This document shows, one piece after another, positions 55,727 to 64,000 of a DNA stretch of 64,000 bases. The position numbers and the translations under genes were made by a program. The notes below the pieces were generated by a model. The model did no database searches. It was not told the DNA's origin and saw only the letters and a program-made list of their open reading frames with translations. The stretch spans positions 1,058-65,057 of the forward strand of contig CAXMUI010000026.1 in assembly GCA_964196475.1 (NCBI GenBank), given 5' to 3'. Origin of the DNA: an uncultured Acidimicrobiia bacterium. GTDB lineage: Bacteria; Actinomycetota; Acidimicrobiia; Acidimicrobiales; JAHEJN01. Numbering within the stretch: position 1 is the stretch's first letter; each line of letters begins with the position of its first letter.

Positions 55727-56139
55727 TGGCCCGAAATCGTGGCGGTCGCAACCGCAATCAGAATTCGGGTGCCAAGAATTCGGGTGCCAAGAATTCGGGC
55801 ACTAACAAATCGGGTGCCAAGAATTCGGGTGCGAAGGGGTCCGGAGCCAAGAATGCGCCGGGCAAGAACAATTCCAAATCCAGTCGCACCGGTAACAAGC
55901 GGCGCGGTAAGTCACAGAAAATTACCGCCCGTACGTACTGGGGTGGGCATATCAATGAGTTGCCCGAACCTCCGGTGATCCACCCATCAGCTGATCCATC
56001 AGCAATTGTTCGTTCGTTGGGGACTCCGCCACTAACTGGCCAAGCCCACAAAACCGATGAGGTATTTACCGCGGTTTACGACCGGGCCGTATTGCTTGCA
56101 ACCGCGCTAGCGGCAGCTGGCGAACTGCTCGAGGACTAG
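55726..56139 (+). CDS. small basic protein with (N/K)SGAK pentapeptide repeats and a structured C-terminal domain
   Basis: 137 aa. TAATG overlap with the helicase stop. No family recognised. Confidence 0.6.
   Translation: MARNRGGRNRNQNSGAKNSGAKNSGTNKSGAKNSGAKGSGAKNAPGKNNSKSSRTGNKRRGKSQKITARTYWGGHINELPEPPVIHPSADPSAIVRSLGTPPLTGQAHKTDEVFTAVYDRAVLLATALAAAGELLED
55762..55866 (+). repeat. 15-bp head-to-tail tandem repeat (AATTCGGGTGCCAAG consensus, ~7 decaying units)
   Basis: Read directly. The repeat is in frame, encodes NSGAK units, and four units carry GAATTC. Confidence 0.9.
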
Positions 56140-56248
56140 CCGAGCCTGTCTAACCTTGGGTGTCCGCTGACCTAAGATAACTCGGAGACCTACCGCTTAT
56201 TGCGGTGATGAGGCACAATAGGGCGTCCACTAATAGGAGACTTTCTCT

Positions 56249-58141
56249 ATGGCTCGCCAACGCATAACCACGCCGCTTGTGCGTGTTGACGGCGAACTTC
56301 GTCCCGCTACGTGGGAACAGGCGATAGCGCGGGCTTCGCAAGGTCTGCAGCGAGTAATTAGTCGATCCGGACCCGATGCAGTGGGGATGTTTAGCTGCTC
56401 GAAGGCCACCAACGAAATGAACTACGTGGCCCAGAAGTTCATTCGGACGGTGGTAGGGACCAACAACATTGACTCGTGCAACCGAACTTGACATGCTCCT
56501 TCGGTGGTCGGTCTGGCCACAGTGTTCGGAGCCGGCGGCGGCACGTCGTCTTACGAAGAAATTGAGCAAACGGATTGCATTTTGTTGTGGGGTTCAAATG
56601 CCCGCGAAGCGCACCCCATTTTCTTCCACCACCTGATCAAGGGCATTCGCAACGGCGCCAAGATGTATGCGGTCGATCCTCGACGTACAAGTTCGGCCAA
56701 GTGGGCCGACATGTGGCTGGGGCTAGAAGTTGGCTCCGATATTGTGCTGGCCAATGCCATCGGTCGCGAGATCATCGCGGCTGGATTGGCTAATCGCGAG
56801 TTCATCGAGCGAGCAACCGACGGTTTCGCGGCCTATGAGTCCCATGTCGATTCCTACACGTTGGACTATGCCGAAATGATTACCAAGATTCCAGCCGAAG
56901 CAATCCGTGAGGTGGCGCATGCTTACGCCAAAGCACCAACCGCCCAGATTCTGTGGACGTTGGGCATCACCGAACATGCCACGGGTAGCGACAATGTTTT
57001 CTCGTTGTGCAATCTTTCGCTGCTTACCGGCCATGTGGGACGTTGGGGTTCCGGGCTGGTTCCTCTGCGGGGTCAAAACAACGTGCAAGGCGGCGGCGAC
57101 ATGGGTTCGCTGCCGAACAAGCTCCCAGGGTTCGCTGATATTACTGACGTTCAGGCGAGGGGTCGTTTCGAAGAGGTCTGGGGCGTTCCTGTCCCGTCGG
57201 AACCGGGCAAACATCTCACATTAATGTTCGAAGCAATGGAACAGGGCGAATTAGAAGCCGTGTGGGTAATTGGAGAGAACCCAGCCGATTCCGAAGCCGA
57301 CGTCAGCCATGCCCGGAAACTCCTATCAGGGTTGGACACCCTGATTGTTTCTGACATTGTGATGACCCGGACGGTGGAACTAGCCGATGTCGTGTTCCCG
57401 GCCGCTGCCGGTTGGGCCGAGACTGATGGCACGGTCACGTCGAGCGAGCGTCGGGTCCAACGAGTACGCAAGGCACTTAATCCACCGGGAGAAGCGGTCG
57501 ACGACATCGAAATTCTCGTGCGCATGGCCAAGGCCATGGGCCACGATTGGTCCAACATGGACAATGAGGCGTGGTGGGATGAGTTACGTTCGCTGTCTCC
57601 AATGCACGGAGGCATGAGCTACGACCGTCTCGAATCGTCGGGCGGACTGCAATGGCCGTGTCCCGACGAAGATCATCCAGGAACCATTTTCTTGCATGCA
57701 CGCCTTTGGGCGGACCCTGTTGGAGGTCCCCGGGCCCCATTTACGTGTGTCGATTGGGTTGCACCTGCCGACGCACTTGACGATGACTTCCCGCTGCGTC
57801 TTACCACGGGCCGAGCGCTTGATTCGTACAACACCGGTGTGCAGTCCGGATCGATGAACTCGCCCATACGTTACGGCGACACGCTTGATGTCTCCCAACT
57901 TGATGCCGATCGGTTCGACGTGACTGATGGCGAGCGAGTGCTGGTCTCGTCGCGCCGCGGGTCAATCGAAATGGACGTGCGCATCGTTGGCGACATGTCA
58001 CCTGGCCTCGCCTTCACTACCTTTCATTTTCCCGAGAAGGTTGATATCAACTTGCTTACCATTGACGCTTGGGATCCCAAGTCGGGTACAGCCGAGTTCA
58101 AAGCCACTGCTATTAACGTAACGAAGTTGGCGGAGGTCTAG
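56249..58141 (+). CDS. formate dehydrogenase catalytic (Mo/W-bisPGD) module, selenocysteine-containing (TGA at 56489-56491 read as Sec)
   Basis: ORF-track entries 56249..56491 and 56504..58141 are in the same frame. The junction reads NNIDSCNRT-TGA-HAPSVVGLATVFG, which parallels the CARV-U-HGPSVAGL site of FdhF. It has its own AGGAG RBS (56235) and ATG. Confidence 0.8.
56495..56532 (+). promoter_or_regulatory. putative bacterial SECIS element
   Basis: Upper stem GUGGUC/GGCCAC (56504-09/56515-20, one G-U pair) with apical loop GGUCU. Lower stem GCUCC/GGAGC (56495-99/56528-32). The element starts 4 nt after the UGA. Confidence 0.55.
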
Positions 58142-59874
58142 TGGATCTTAAGGTTGGAACCGATCAAGCAACCGAGGCTGAAATTGCCGCCGTTGAGACC
58201 GTCGTAGGTGCGGTCGGGCCTGCGGTTGTCCTTCAATCAGATCGCGTTGTGGTTGGTGGCTTTCATCGGTCCGCTGAGCGCCGTCATTTGCTGTTACCTG
58301 GGTTGCATGCTTTGCAACAGGCCAATGGGTGGATCAGTCCCGGGGGACTACAACACCTGTGCACCGAACTCGGTGTGCCGCCCGCTGAGGCCTATGGCGT
58401 GGCCACGTTCTACGACATGTTGGCGACCGAAATTGCTCCCGATGTGGTTGTTCGTCGTTGTGACGACATCGGCTGCCGCACGCAAGGGTTCGACAAGATC
58501 GATACCACGCTGGGAGCCGCCGGACTAGGTGGCGAACACGTTGAGGACTCGCCGTGTTTGGGGCTTTGTGATCATGGGGGAGCAGCGGTTGTCCAACGCA
58601 AAGGTGCCCCGGTTGAGGGGTACCGAGTTGTGGCAGGGGCCAACGAACCTGTCATCGAGTCGCATCTCGCTTCTGGGGCCCGCCTATTGGCTCGCGTCGG
58701 CAAAGTTGATCCGTCGTCGCTCGAGTCCTATATAGCTGAGAGCGGCTACCAGGCGCTGAACACAGCCATCGAGCAGGGTCCCGATGCCATTGTTGCTTCG
58801 ATCAGTGATGCGGGTCTCCGCGGCCGAGGTGGCGCCGCGTTTCCCGCCGGTATTAAGTGGCGAGGTATGGCCGACCAAAATCAGTCTCGCAAACATGTCG
58901 TGGCCAACGCCGACGAGTCCGAACCCGGAACGTTCAAAGATCGCGTTCTGATGGAGCACGACCCGTTCGCCCTGGTTGAGTCGCTAACGGTCACTGGCTT
59001 TGCCACGGGGGCCACGGATGGCTGGATCTACATTCGCGGCGAGTATCCGCTGGCTATCGAACGCGTGCGCAATGCTGTCGTTGAAGCTCGACGCAGCGGG
59101 TTGCTTGGTAGGGACATCCTGGGTTCGGGGTGGGACTTCGACATCGAGGTTCGTGTGGGGGCTGGCGCCTATATTTGCGGCGAAGAGACCGCTTTGTTTA
59201 ATTCGATCGAAGGATTCAGGGGCGAGCCTCGGCAAAAGCCGCCGTTCCCAACGACGCATGGGCTCTTCAACGAGCCGACGGTCATCAACAATGTTGAGAC
59301 GCTGTTTAATGTGCTCGACATTGTCAACTATGGCGTTGACCATTTCCGTTCGATTGGCTCCGAGGCTTCGGCTGGGCCGCGACTGTTTTGTCTGAGCGGA
59401 GCGGTTGCCCGACCCGGGGTTTACGAACACCCGATGGGTGTGACACTGCGCCAGGTTATTGCTGCGGCCGGAGGAGTAGCGCACGAAGCGCAGCTCAAGA
59501 CGATTCTGCTTGGCGGTGCGGCGGGCAGTTTCGTAAATGATTCGGTGCTCGATCTCCCGCTCACGTTCGAAGACACCCGTTCCGCGGGTGTCTCGCTCGG
59601 GTCCGGGGTAGTGATGTTGTTCGACGAAACCGCCAACATGGCAGACATCGTTGGACGCATCACCAAATTCTTCTCCCACGAATCATGCGGCCAATGCGTG
59701 CCGTGTCGAATCGGCACCCAACGCCAGGTCGAAATGGTTGGATCGGACGAACCCATTGACCGAGATCTGTTTGATGATCTTGCCGCGGTGATGGGTGATG
59801 CCTCTATCTGTGGATTGGGCCATACCGCAGCTTCGGCGTTGCGATCCGCACTCGATTTGGAGCTTCTCTCATGA
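58141..59874 (+). CDS. NuoE-like [2Fe-2S] / NuoF-like (FMN, NAD, [4Fe-4S]) fusion, diaphorase subunit of NAD-linked FDH
   Basis: 577 aa. The N-terminal AEAYGVATFYDM...CDDIGC...SPCLGLCDHG is NuoE-like. GLRGRGGAAFPAGIKW and ESCGQCVPCRIG are NuoF-like. The GTG start overlaps the upstream stop. Confidence 0.88.
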   Translation: MDLKVGTDQATEAEIAAVETVVGAVGPAVVLQSDRVVVGGFHRSAERRHLLLPGLHALQQANGWISPGGLQHLCTELGVPPAEAYGVATFYDMLATEIAPDVVVRRCDDIGCRTQGFDKIDTTLGAAGLGGEHVEDSPCLGLCDHGGAAVVQRKGAPVEGYRVVAGANEPVIESHLASGARLLARVGKVDPSSLESYIAESGYQALNTAIEQGPDAIVASISDAGLRGRGGAAFPAGIKWRGMADQNQSRKHVVANADESEPGTFKDRVLMEHDPFALVESLTVTGFATGATDGWIYIRGEYPLAIERVRNAVVEARRSGLLGRDILGSGWDFDIEVRVGAGAYICGEETALFNSIEGFRGEPRQKPPFPTTHGLFNEPTVINNVETLFNVLDIVNYGVDHFRSIGSEASAGPRLFCLSGAVARPGVYEHPMGVTLRQVIAAAGGVAHEAQLKTILLGGAAGSFVNDSVLDLPLTFEDTRSAGVSLGSGVVMLFDETANMADIVGRITKFFSHESCGQCVPCRIGTQRQVEMVGSDEPIDRDLFDDLAAVMGDASICGLGHTAASALRSALDLELLS

Positions 59875-60752
59875 CCATCGTCGAACCATCGGTAACAACG
59901 GTCGAACTCACCATTAATGGCGAGACCATCGAAATTAGCGAAGGGGCCACGATTCTTGACGCGTGCACTGCAGCGGGTCTGGACACACCCACGCTTTGTT
60001 ATGGCGACACCGTTACCCCGGTCAATGCTTGCCGTGTCTGCGTTGTTGAGGTCGAAGGTTCGGGACCACTGGTGCCGTCGTGTTCTCGCCCCGTCGAGCC
60101 AAATATGGTGGTAGCCACTGGCTCCGAGCGAGTCGATCGTTCCCGTCGCATGGTGTTGGAGTTGCTCGCCTCGTCGGTCGAACTTGATCGGGCCGGTGAC
60201 GAACTTCAAGGGTGGCTCACCCAGTACGAGGCCGATACCGAACGGTTTGGACCCGATGCAGCCACGGTAGCGCAGTCTGCCAAAGTGCACGACGACCTGT
60301 ACGTGCGCGACTATCAACGGTGCATTCTCTGTTACAAATGTGTTGAAGCGTGTGGTGAAGATGCCCAGAACACGTTCGCTATTGCGGTTGCCGGTCGGGG
60401 ATTTGATGCCGAGATCAGCACCGAATTCGACATCAACTTGGCCGAATCTGCTTGCGTTTACTGTGGCAACTGTATTGAGGTTTGCCCTACCGGTGCGTTA
60501 ACTCCGCTGACCCAATACAAGTTGGCCGAGGCCGATAATTGGCGTCCCGAAGACCAAGATATTACCCGTACGGTCTGCAGCTACTGCGGGGTGGGCTGCA
60601 ACCTCGAGCTCCATGTGCAAGACGACGAGATCGTTCGGGTTACCTCACCACACGACCACAGTGTCACGCACGGCAACCTCTGCGTAAAGGGCCGATTCGG
60701 CTGGCAATACTTGGGAAACAACATCAAACGTAAGAAGCACCGCACGCCATAG
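59871..60752 (+). CDS. NuoG-like Fe-S module = detached N-terminal part of the FDH alpha subunit ([2Fe-2S], 2x[4Fe-4S], MopB Fe4S4 domain)
   Basis: 293 aa. LCYGD...ACRVCVVEV, CILCYKCVEAC, CVYCGNCIEVCP and CSYCGVGCNLELH...GNLCVKGRFGWQYL are present. It ends exactly where the bisPGD domain normally continues. ATGA overlap with the upstream gene. Confidence 0.88.
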   Translation: MTIVEPSVTTVELTINGETIEISEGATILDACTAAGLDTPTLCYGDTVTPVNACRVCVVEVEGSGPLVPSCSRPVEPNMVVATGSERVDRSRRMVLELLASSVELDRAGDELQGWLTQYEADTERFGPDAATVAQSAKVHDDLYVRDYQRCILCYKCVEACGEDAQNTFAIAVAGRGFDAEISTEFDINLAESACVYCGNCIEVCPTGALTPLTQYKLAEADNWRPEDQDITRTVCSYCGVGCNLELHVQDDEIVRVTSPHDHSVTHGNLCVKGRFGWQYLGNNIKRKKHRTP

Positions 60753-60779
60753 CCACGCTTGGGAGCGGTGGACTTTTGG
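60753..60779 (+). terminator. candidate intrinsic terminator of the FDH operon
   Basis: CCACGCT-TGGG-AGCGGTGG hairpin (one bulge) followed by ACTTTTGG. Confidence 0.45.
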
Positions 60780-60849
60780 CCCTACGTGTGCCCAGGACCA
60801 GGCGTCATAATGGGATTGTTCCACCTATTTTGATGTAGAGGTTTTTACT

Positions 60850-61275
60850 ATGCTTCGTCATGCTGATCCCAAGGTGACCCGTATTCAGGGCTTACCGATG
60901 TTCAAGAATGCTGATATTTTGGCCTGCAAACATGTGGCTTCAGCGGCCGACATTGTCGAGGTTGCCGCTGGGCAAAATCTTATCGTTGCCGGGCAATTGA
61001 ATTATGATGCCTATGTGGTGGAGTCAGGCACCGCTGTCGTGCTCGTGAATGGTGAAGAGGTGGCCGAAATCTCCGAGGGCGAAATGATCGGCGAACTCGG
61101 TCTCTTTGATCGTGGAGCGGCGACCGCCACGGTGAAGACGAAGACAGCTATGAGTCTTCTTGTTATTCCCTATAACCGGTTCGGACAGATTCTTGACGAG
61201 AACCCGAGCCTGGTGTTGGAGATGGCCAAGGAGTTGGCCCAACGGTTACGGGCCATGGATGAGCGACACCATTAA
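60850..61275 (+). CDS. stand-alone cyclic-nucleotide-binding domain protein
   Basis: 141 aa. The GEMIGELGLFDRGAATATVKT phosphate-binding-cassette-like segment is present. No HTH or other output domain. Confidence 0.75.
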   Translation: MLRHADPKVTRIQGLPMFKNADILACKHVASAADIVEVAAGQNLIVAGQLNYDAYVVESGTAVVLVNGEEVAEISEGEMIGELGLFDRGAATATVKTKTAMSLLVIPYNRFGQILDENPSLVLEMAKELAQRLRAMDERHH

Positions 61276-61332
61276 ATTGGGCGGCCTGCACTTGGCCCAT
61301 CCGCCTGCTGTTGATGCTGTCTGCCGGGTGGT

Positions 61333-63036
61333 TTAGTTGTCTCCAACGAGTGTCTCGCGGAGCTGTCGTTTGAGGAATTTGCCGCTCGCATTACGAGGCA
61401 AATCTTCGGTGAGGAACCAAACATGTTCGGGGATCTTGAATTTGGCGATCTTGGGCACCGTGTAGGCCCGCAGTTCGTCAAAGGACATCTCGTGGCCGTC
61501 GTGCAGGACCACTGCGACGCCAACTGCTTCACCCAAACGATCATCGGGCACCGAGAACACGGCACACTCGCGAATGCTTTCGTGTTCGAAGATAGCGGCT
61601 TCGACCTCGGCGCAATACACGTTTTCGCCGCCGCGTAGCACCATGTCTTTGGCACGGTCGACGATGGTGATGAAGCCATCTTCGTCCAGGGTGGCTAAGT
61701 CGCCGGTCATGAACCATCCGCCAGGGAAGGCTTCGGCAGTGGCTTCGGGCTTGTTGAGGTAGCCGCGTACGTTGTTCGGACCTAAGACACAAAGCTCGCC
61801 TACTTCGCCCTGTGGAAGCGTTTTGCCATCGATGTCGACGACCTTGGCCTCGATTGTGGGCATTGGTGGCCCAACGGTTTTGGGTTTCTCTAGGAACCAG
61901 TCGGCTGAATTGATGGAAATGACGCCACACACCTCGGTGAGTCCGTAGCCCGTGGATGGGCGTCCTTTTTCGAGCGAGTTTTCAATCTTCTCAACGAGGT
62001 CGGGTTGTACGGCAGCGCCGCCGCCGCCGAGTGTGGCCAGTGTTGAAGTGTCCGTGGTTGCGAAATCTGGGTGTTCGACAATTTCGCGCGACATGACTGG
62101 CACGCCGGTGAAGGTCGTGACTTTTTCGCGTTCGATAATTTCGAGGGCTTCGCCTGCATCCCAGCGGTAGAGCAGGATGATCTTGCCGCCCACCCCAGTG
62201 ACAAGGTGCATGCAGCAGTTGCAGCCGGTGACGTGGAACAACGGCACGGCCAATAAGGCGGTGGTTGCTACGGGTGAATCATCGGAGCCGAGGAGTTCGT
62301 CGGCCTCGGGGTCCGACGTTTTGCCGAGCGCGTTCCAGAAACTGAAGTTCATGATGTTGCTGGTGCAGCCGCGATGGGTGAGGGCGGCGCCCTTGGGGAA
62401 GCCTGTGGTTCCCGATGTATAGAAGATTGAGCAGTCGCTCTCGGGATCAATTTCCGCAGCAGGAAGGCCCTCGTGGGGGGTATTGATAGCCGTCGCCCAG
62501 TTGATGGCATCGTCGGGAAGTTCGTCGTCGGTGCGCACAGCGATGACGTGCAAGGGGCCGGTGGAGCGAAGCGTGTCGAGGATGGGGGCAATGGTGGCGA
62601 TGCGTGAGCGGTCGGCGATGAGCACTTTGGGAGCCGAATCTTTGAGCCCGTACTCCATCTCGGGGGTAGTCCACCATGCGTTCATTCCAACGACAGCGGC
62701 GCCTATGGAGACCGTTGCCCAGTAGGCGAGTACCCATTCGGGGTAGTTGCGCATGGCGATTGCTACCCGGTCACCACTGCCGACCCCATGATTGACGAGG
62801 TACGTAGCTAGCGCCGCTACGTGATCGTGGGCTTCGGTGTAGGTGAGCGTTTCATCTTGAAATTGCAAGTACGGTCGGTCCCCGTAGCCGGCCGACATTT
62901 CCCAAATGAACCGCATGTGTGGTGGAGCATTGTTATAGGTGCGGGTGGGCACGCCGCGAATGTCTTTGACGGTCCAGCCAAACGGCGCGCCGTCGGCAGT
63001 GAGCGTGTCCCAAGCGGTGTGAAAACTGGCTTCCAT
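61333..63036 (-). CDS. AMP-dependent acyl-CoA synthetase/ligase
   Basis: 567 aa. YTSGTTGFPKGA, TGDLATLDEDGFITIVDRAKD and the C-terminal PRNASGKFLK are present. Confidence 0.9.
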   Translation of the reverse strand: MEASFHTAWDTLTADGAPFGWTVKDIRGVPTRTYNNAPPHMRFIWEMSAGYGDRPYLQFQDETLTYTEAHDHVAALATYLVNHGVGSGDRVAIAMRNYPEWVLAYWATVSIGAAVVGMNAWWTTPEMEYGLKDSAPKVLIADRSRIATIAPILDTLRSTGPLHVIAVRTDDELPDDAINWATAINTPHEGLPAAEIDPESDCSIFYTSGTTGFPKGAALTHRGCTSNIMNFSFWNALGKTSDPEADELLGSDDSPVATTALLAVPLFHVTGCNCCMHLVTGVGGKIILLYRWDAGEALEIIEREKVTTFTGVPVMSREIVEHPDFATTDTSTLATLGGGGAAVQPDLVEKIENSLEKGRPSTGYGLTEVCGVISINSADWFLEKPKTVGPPMPTIEAKVVDIDGKTLPQGEVGELCVLGPNNVRGYLNKPEATAEAFPGGWFMTGDLATLDEDGFITIVDRAKDMVLRGGENVYCAEVEAAIFEHESIRECAVFSVPDDRLGEAVGVAVVLHDGHEMSFDELRAYTVPKIAKFKIPEHVWFLTEDLPRNASGKFLKRQLRETLVGDN

Positions 63037-63193
63037 GTAGTCCCCCCGGACTCATTGAGTACCCGGCACGGTAGCCGCTGCGGCGACTGGCCCAGAAACC
63101 CGATTGAGCCCATCGAGCCGAGTTTCATTTCTGCCCACATCATCCACGGAGTGATTGTGTGTTTGGTGCCGCCGACGTGGCAGGATTGGGCCA

Positions 63194-64000
63194 ATGCCTG
63201 GCCTTGATGAATCAGTAGCGACCGAAATGCGGACGGTTCTAAATAGCACCGTTGCGCCTCGTACCGCCGATAGCCGCACTGGTGTAATGGGTGCGGGATC
63301 CGACGACCTTGCCACCGGCCTTGCCTACCTGTCCGCCACCGCACCGGGAGGGTGGCACCTGCCATCGTGGCCGCAAGGTCTAGGTGGTCGTGGGGTCGAT
63401 GACGAGACGGCCGATGCGATCGACGCAATTCGAGATGAGTACGACGTTCCGGATCTGTACCCATGGCTAATCGGCACGATCATGGTCGGACCGACATTGG
63501 TCGAATATGGCACCACTGAACAGCAGCAACGGTGGATGCCACCGATTGCCGATGGGTCCCAGATCTGGTGCCAAATGTTCTCCGAACCAGACGCCGGTTC
63601 CGATTTGGCCAATGTGGCCATGCGAGCCGATCGCAATGGTGACGAATGGACACTCTCGGGTCAAAAGGTTTGGACCAGTCGCGGCAGCTATGCCGATTGG
63701 GCAATATGTGTGGCCCGGTCCCATCCGGAACTTCCCAAGCACAAGGGCCTCACGATGTTCGCGGTGCGTATGGACCAACCCGGGATCGAGGTTCGCACGC
63801 TCAATCAGATGAACGGCGATACCCATTTCAGCGAGATCTTCTTCGACGACGTGAAGGTGTCCGATGCAGATCGTATTGGGTCCGAAGGTGACGGTTGGAA
63901 GCTCTCGCTTGCTGTTTTGGCCCATGAACGTAGTGGTGGCGTGATCAGCGCCGGGTTGGATCTTGCTGGGCTTACCGGACCGCTCCCGGGGTGGCTTGCA
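63194..64000 (+). CDS. acyl-CoA dehydrogenase, N-terminal part (runs off the window; absent from the ORF track)
   Basis: I translated this frame manually. It runs from the stop at 63152 to the window end: MPGLDESVATEMRTVL...QQRWMPPIADGSQIWCQMFSEPDAGSDLANV...WTLSGQKVWTS. The start could also be GTG 63167 or 63176. Confidence 0.8.
   Translation, partial: MPGLDESVATEMRTVLNSTVAPRTADSRTGVMGAGSDDLATGLAYLSATAPGGWHLPSWPQGLGGRGVDDETADAIDAIRDEYDVPDLYPWLIGTIMVGPTLVEYGTTEQQQRWMPPIADGSQIWCQMFSEPDAGSDLANVAMRADRNGDEWTLSGQKVWTSRGSYADWAICVARSHPELPKHKGLTMFAVRMDQPGIEVRTLNQMNGDTHFSEIFFDDVKVSDADRIGSEGDGWKLSLAVLAHERSGGVISAGLDLAGLTGPLPGWLA

Noticed and set aside
55762-55866. The tandem repeat as a possible CRISPR-like array
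   Set aside because: The units are 15 bp, directly abutting with no spacers, in frame within a CDS, and they decay in identity. No cas genes are present.
55758-56051. 97-aa minus-strand ORF with PEFLAPEF repeats
   Set aside because: It is the antisense mirror of the plus-strand tandem repeat. The plus-strand gene has translational coupling to the helicase and a plausible C-terminal domain.
56489-56491. The TGA splitting the formate dehydrogenase gene, read as a nonsense mutation or pseudogene
   Set aside because: The stop sits exactly at the conserved Sec/Cys active-site position, followed by the catalytic His. Both halves share one frame with no other lesions. A SECIS-like hairpin follows. 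Recoding is the better explanation, although the sel genes cannot be checked within this window.
59421-60317. 298-aa minus-strand ORF (and similar long antisense ORFs such as 10602-11435, 23296-24075, 32994-33803, 5572-6303, 8399-9088, 62817-63464, 63467-63925)
   Set aside because: They lie entirely opposite genes with strong family motifs. They are Arg/Pro/Gly-rich, as expected from stop-poor antisense frames in GC-rich DNA.
1-64000. Mobile elements, prophage, integrase, tRNA/rRNA genes, CRISPR arrays and classical defence or toxin-antitoxin modules
   Set aside because: I looked for transposase or integrase-like translations, T-loop GGTTCGA-type tRNA signatures and spaced repeats. None was convincing, although a tool-based scan could still find small RNAs.

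Overview
GC-rich, gene-dense chromosomal segment with about 56 credible CDSs. Many junctions are translationally coupled (ATGA, GTGA or TAATG overlaps). The gene content looks Actinomycetota-like: Ni-superoxide dismutase sodN+sodX, AhpC-AhpF-OxyR, CBS/CGL reverse transsulfuration and a type II dehydroquinase. I recognised no rRNA, tRNA, CRISPR array, transposase, integrase or prophage genes. All function calls come from reading the supplied translations for family motifs, with no database search. Several ORF-track entries were trimmed to internal start codons where the long N-terminal extension overlapped a neighbouring gene or lacked an RBS. Many long antisense ORFs are GC-rich shadow frames and were ignored. 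Main content: (1) KDPG aldolase, KDG-type kinase and sulfatase. (2) A ~16 kb island (3280-19443) with a GntR regulator, a BMP-family (nucleoside-type) ABC importer and ten hydrolase or transferase genes. These include three metal amidohydrolases, an isochorismatase-like hydrolase, a PF06684-like protein, a DUF1989 protein and a protein carrying the exact ArcS/DUF5591 signature PC-X3-KPY-X2-S-X2-H. I consider this the best candidate for an undescribed N-heterocycle, nucleoside or 7-deazapurine-type catabolic or salvage pathway. (3) A three-gene orphan cluster (22118-26083) ending in a membrane-anchored protein with a GCS2/amidoligase-like cytoplasmic domain. (4) Housekeeping genes (gdh, cbs/cgl, aroK/aroQ, transporters). 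(5) A predicted extracytoplasmic lipoprotein with PEP-utilising swivel and ATP-grasp-like domains. (6) An acyl-CoA module (mesaconyl/itaconyl-type) running on directly from sodN-sodX on the same strand. (7) A HelZ-like SNF2 helicase coupled to a small repeat-containing basic protein. (8) An NAD-linked formate dehydrogenase operon. Its catalytic gene contains an in-frame TGA at the active-site selenocysteine position, followed by an fdhF-like SECIS hairpin. Its alpha subunit is split and order-permuted: catalytic module first, then a NuoE-NuoF fusion, then the Fe-S N-terminal module.
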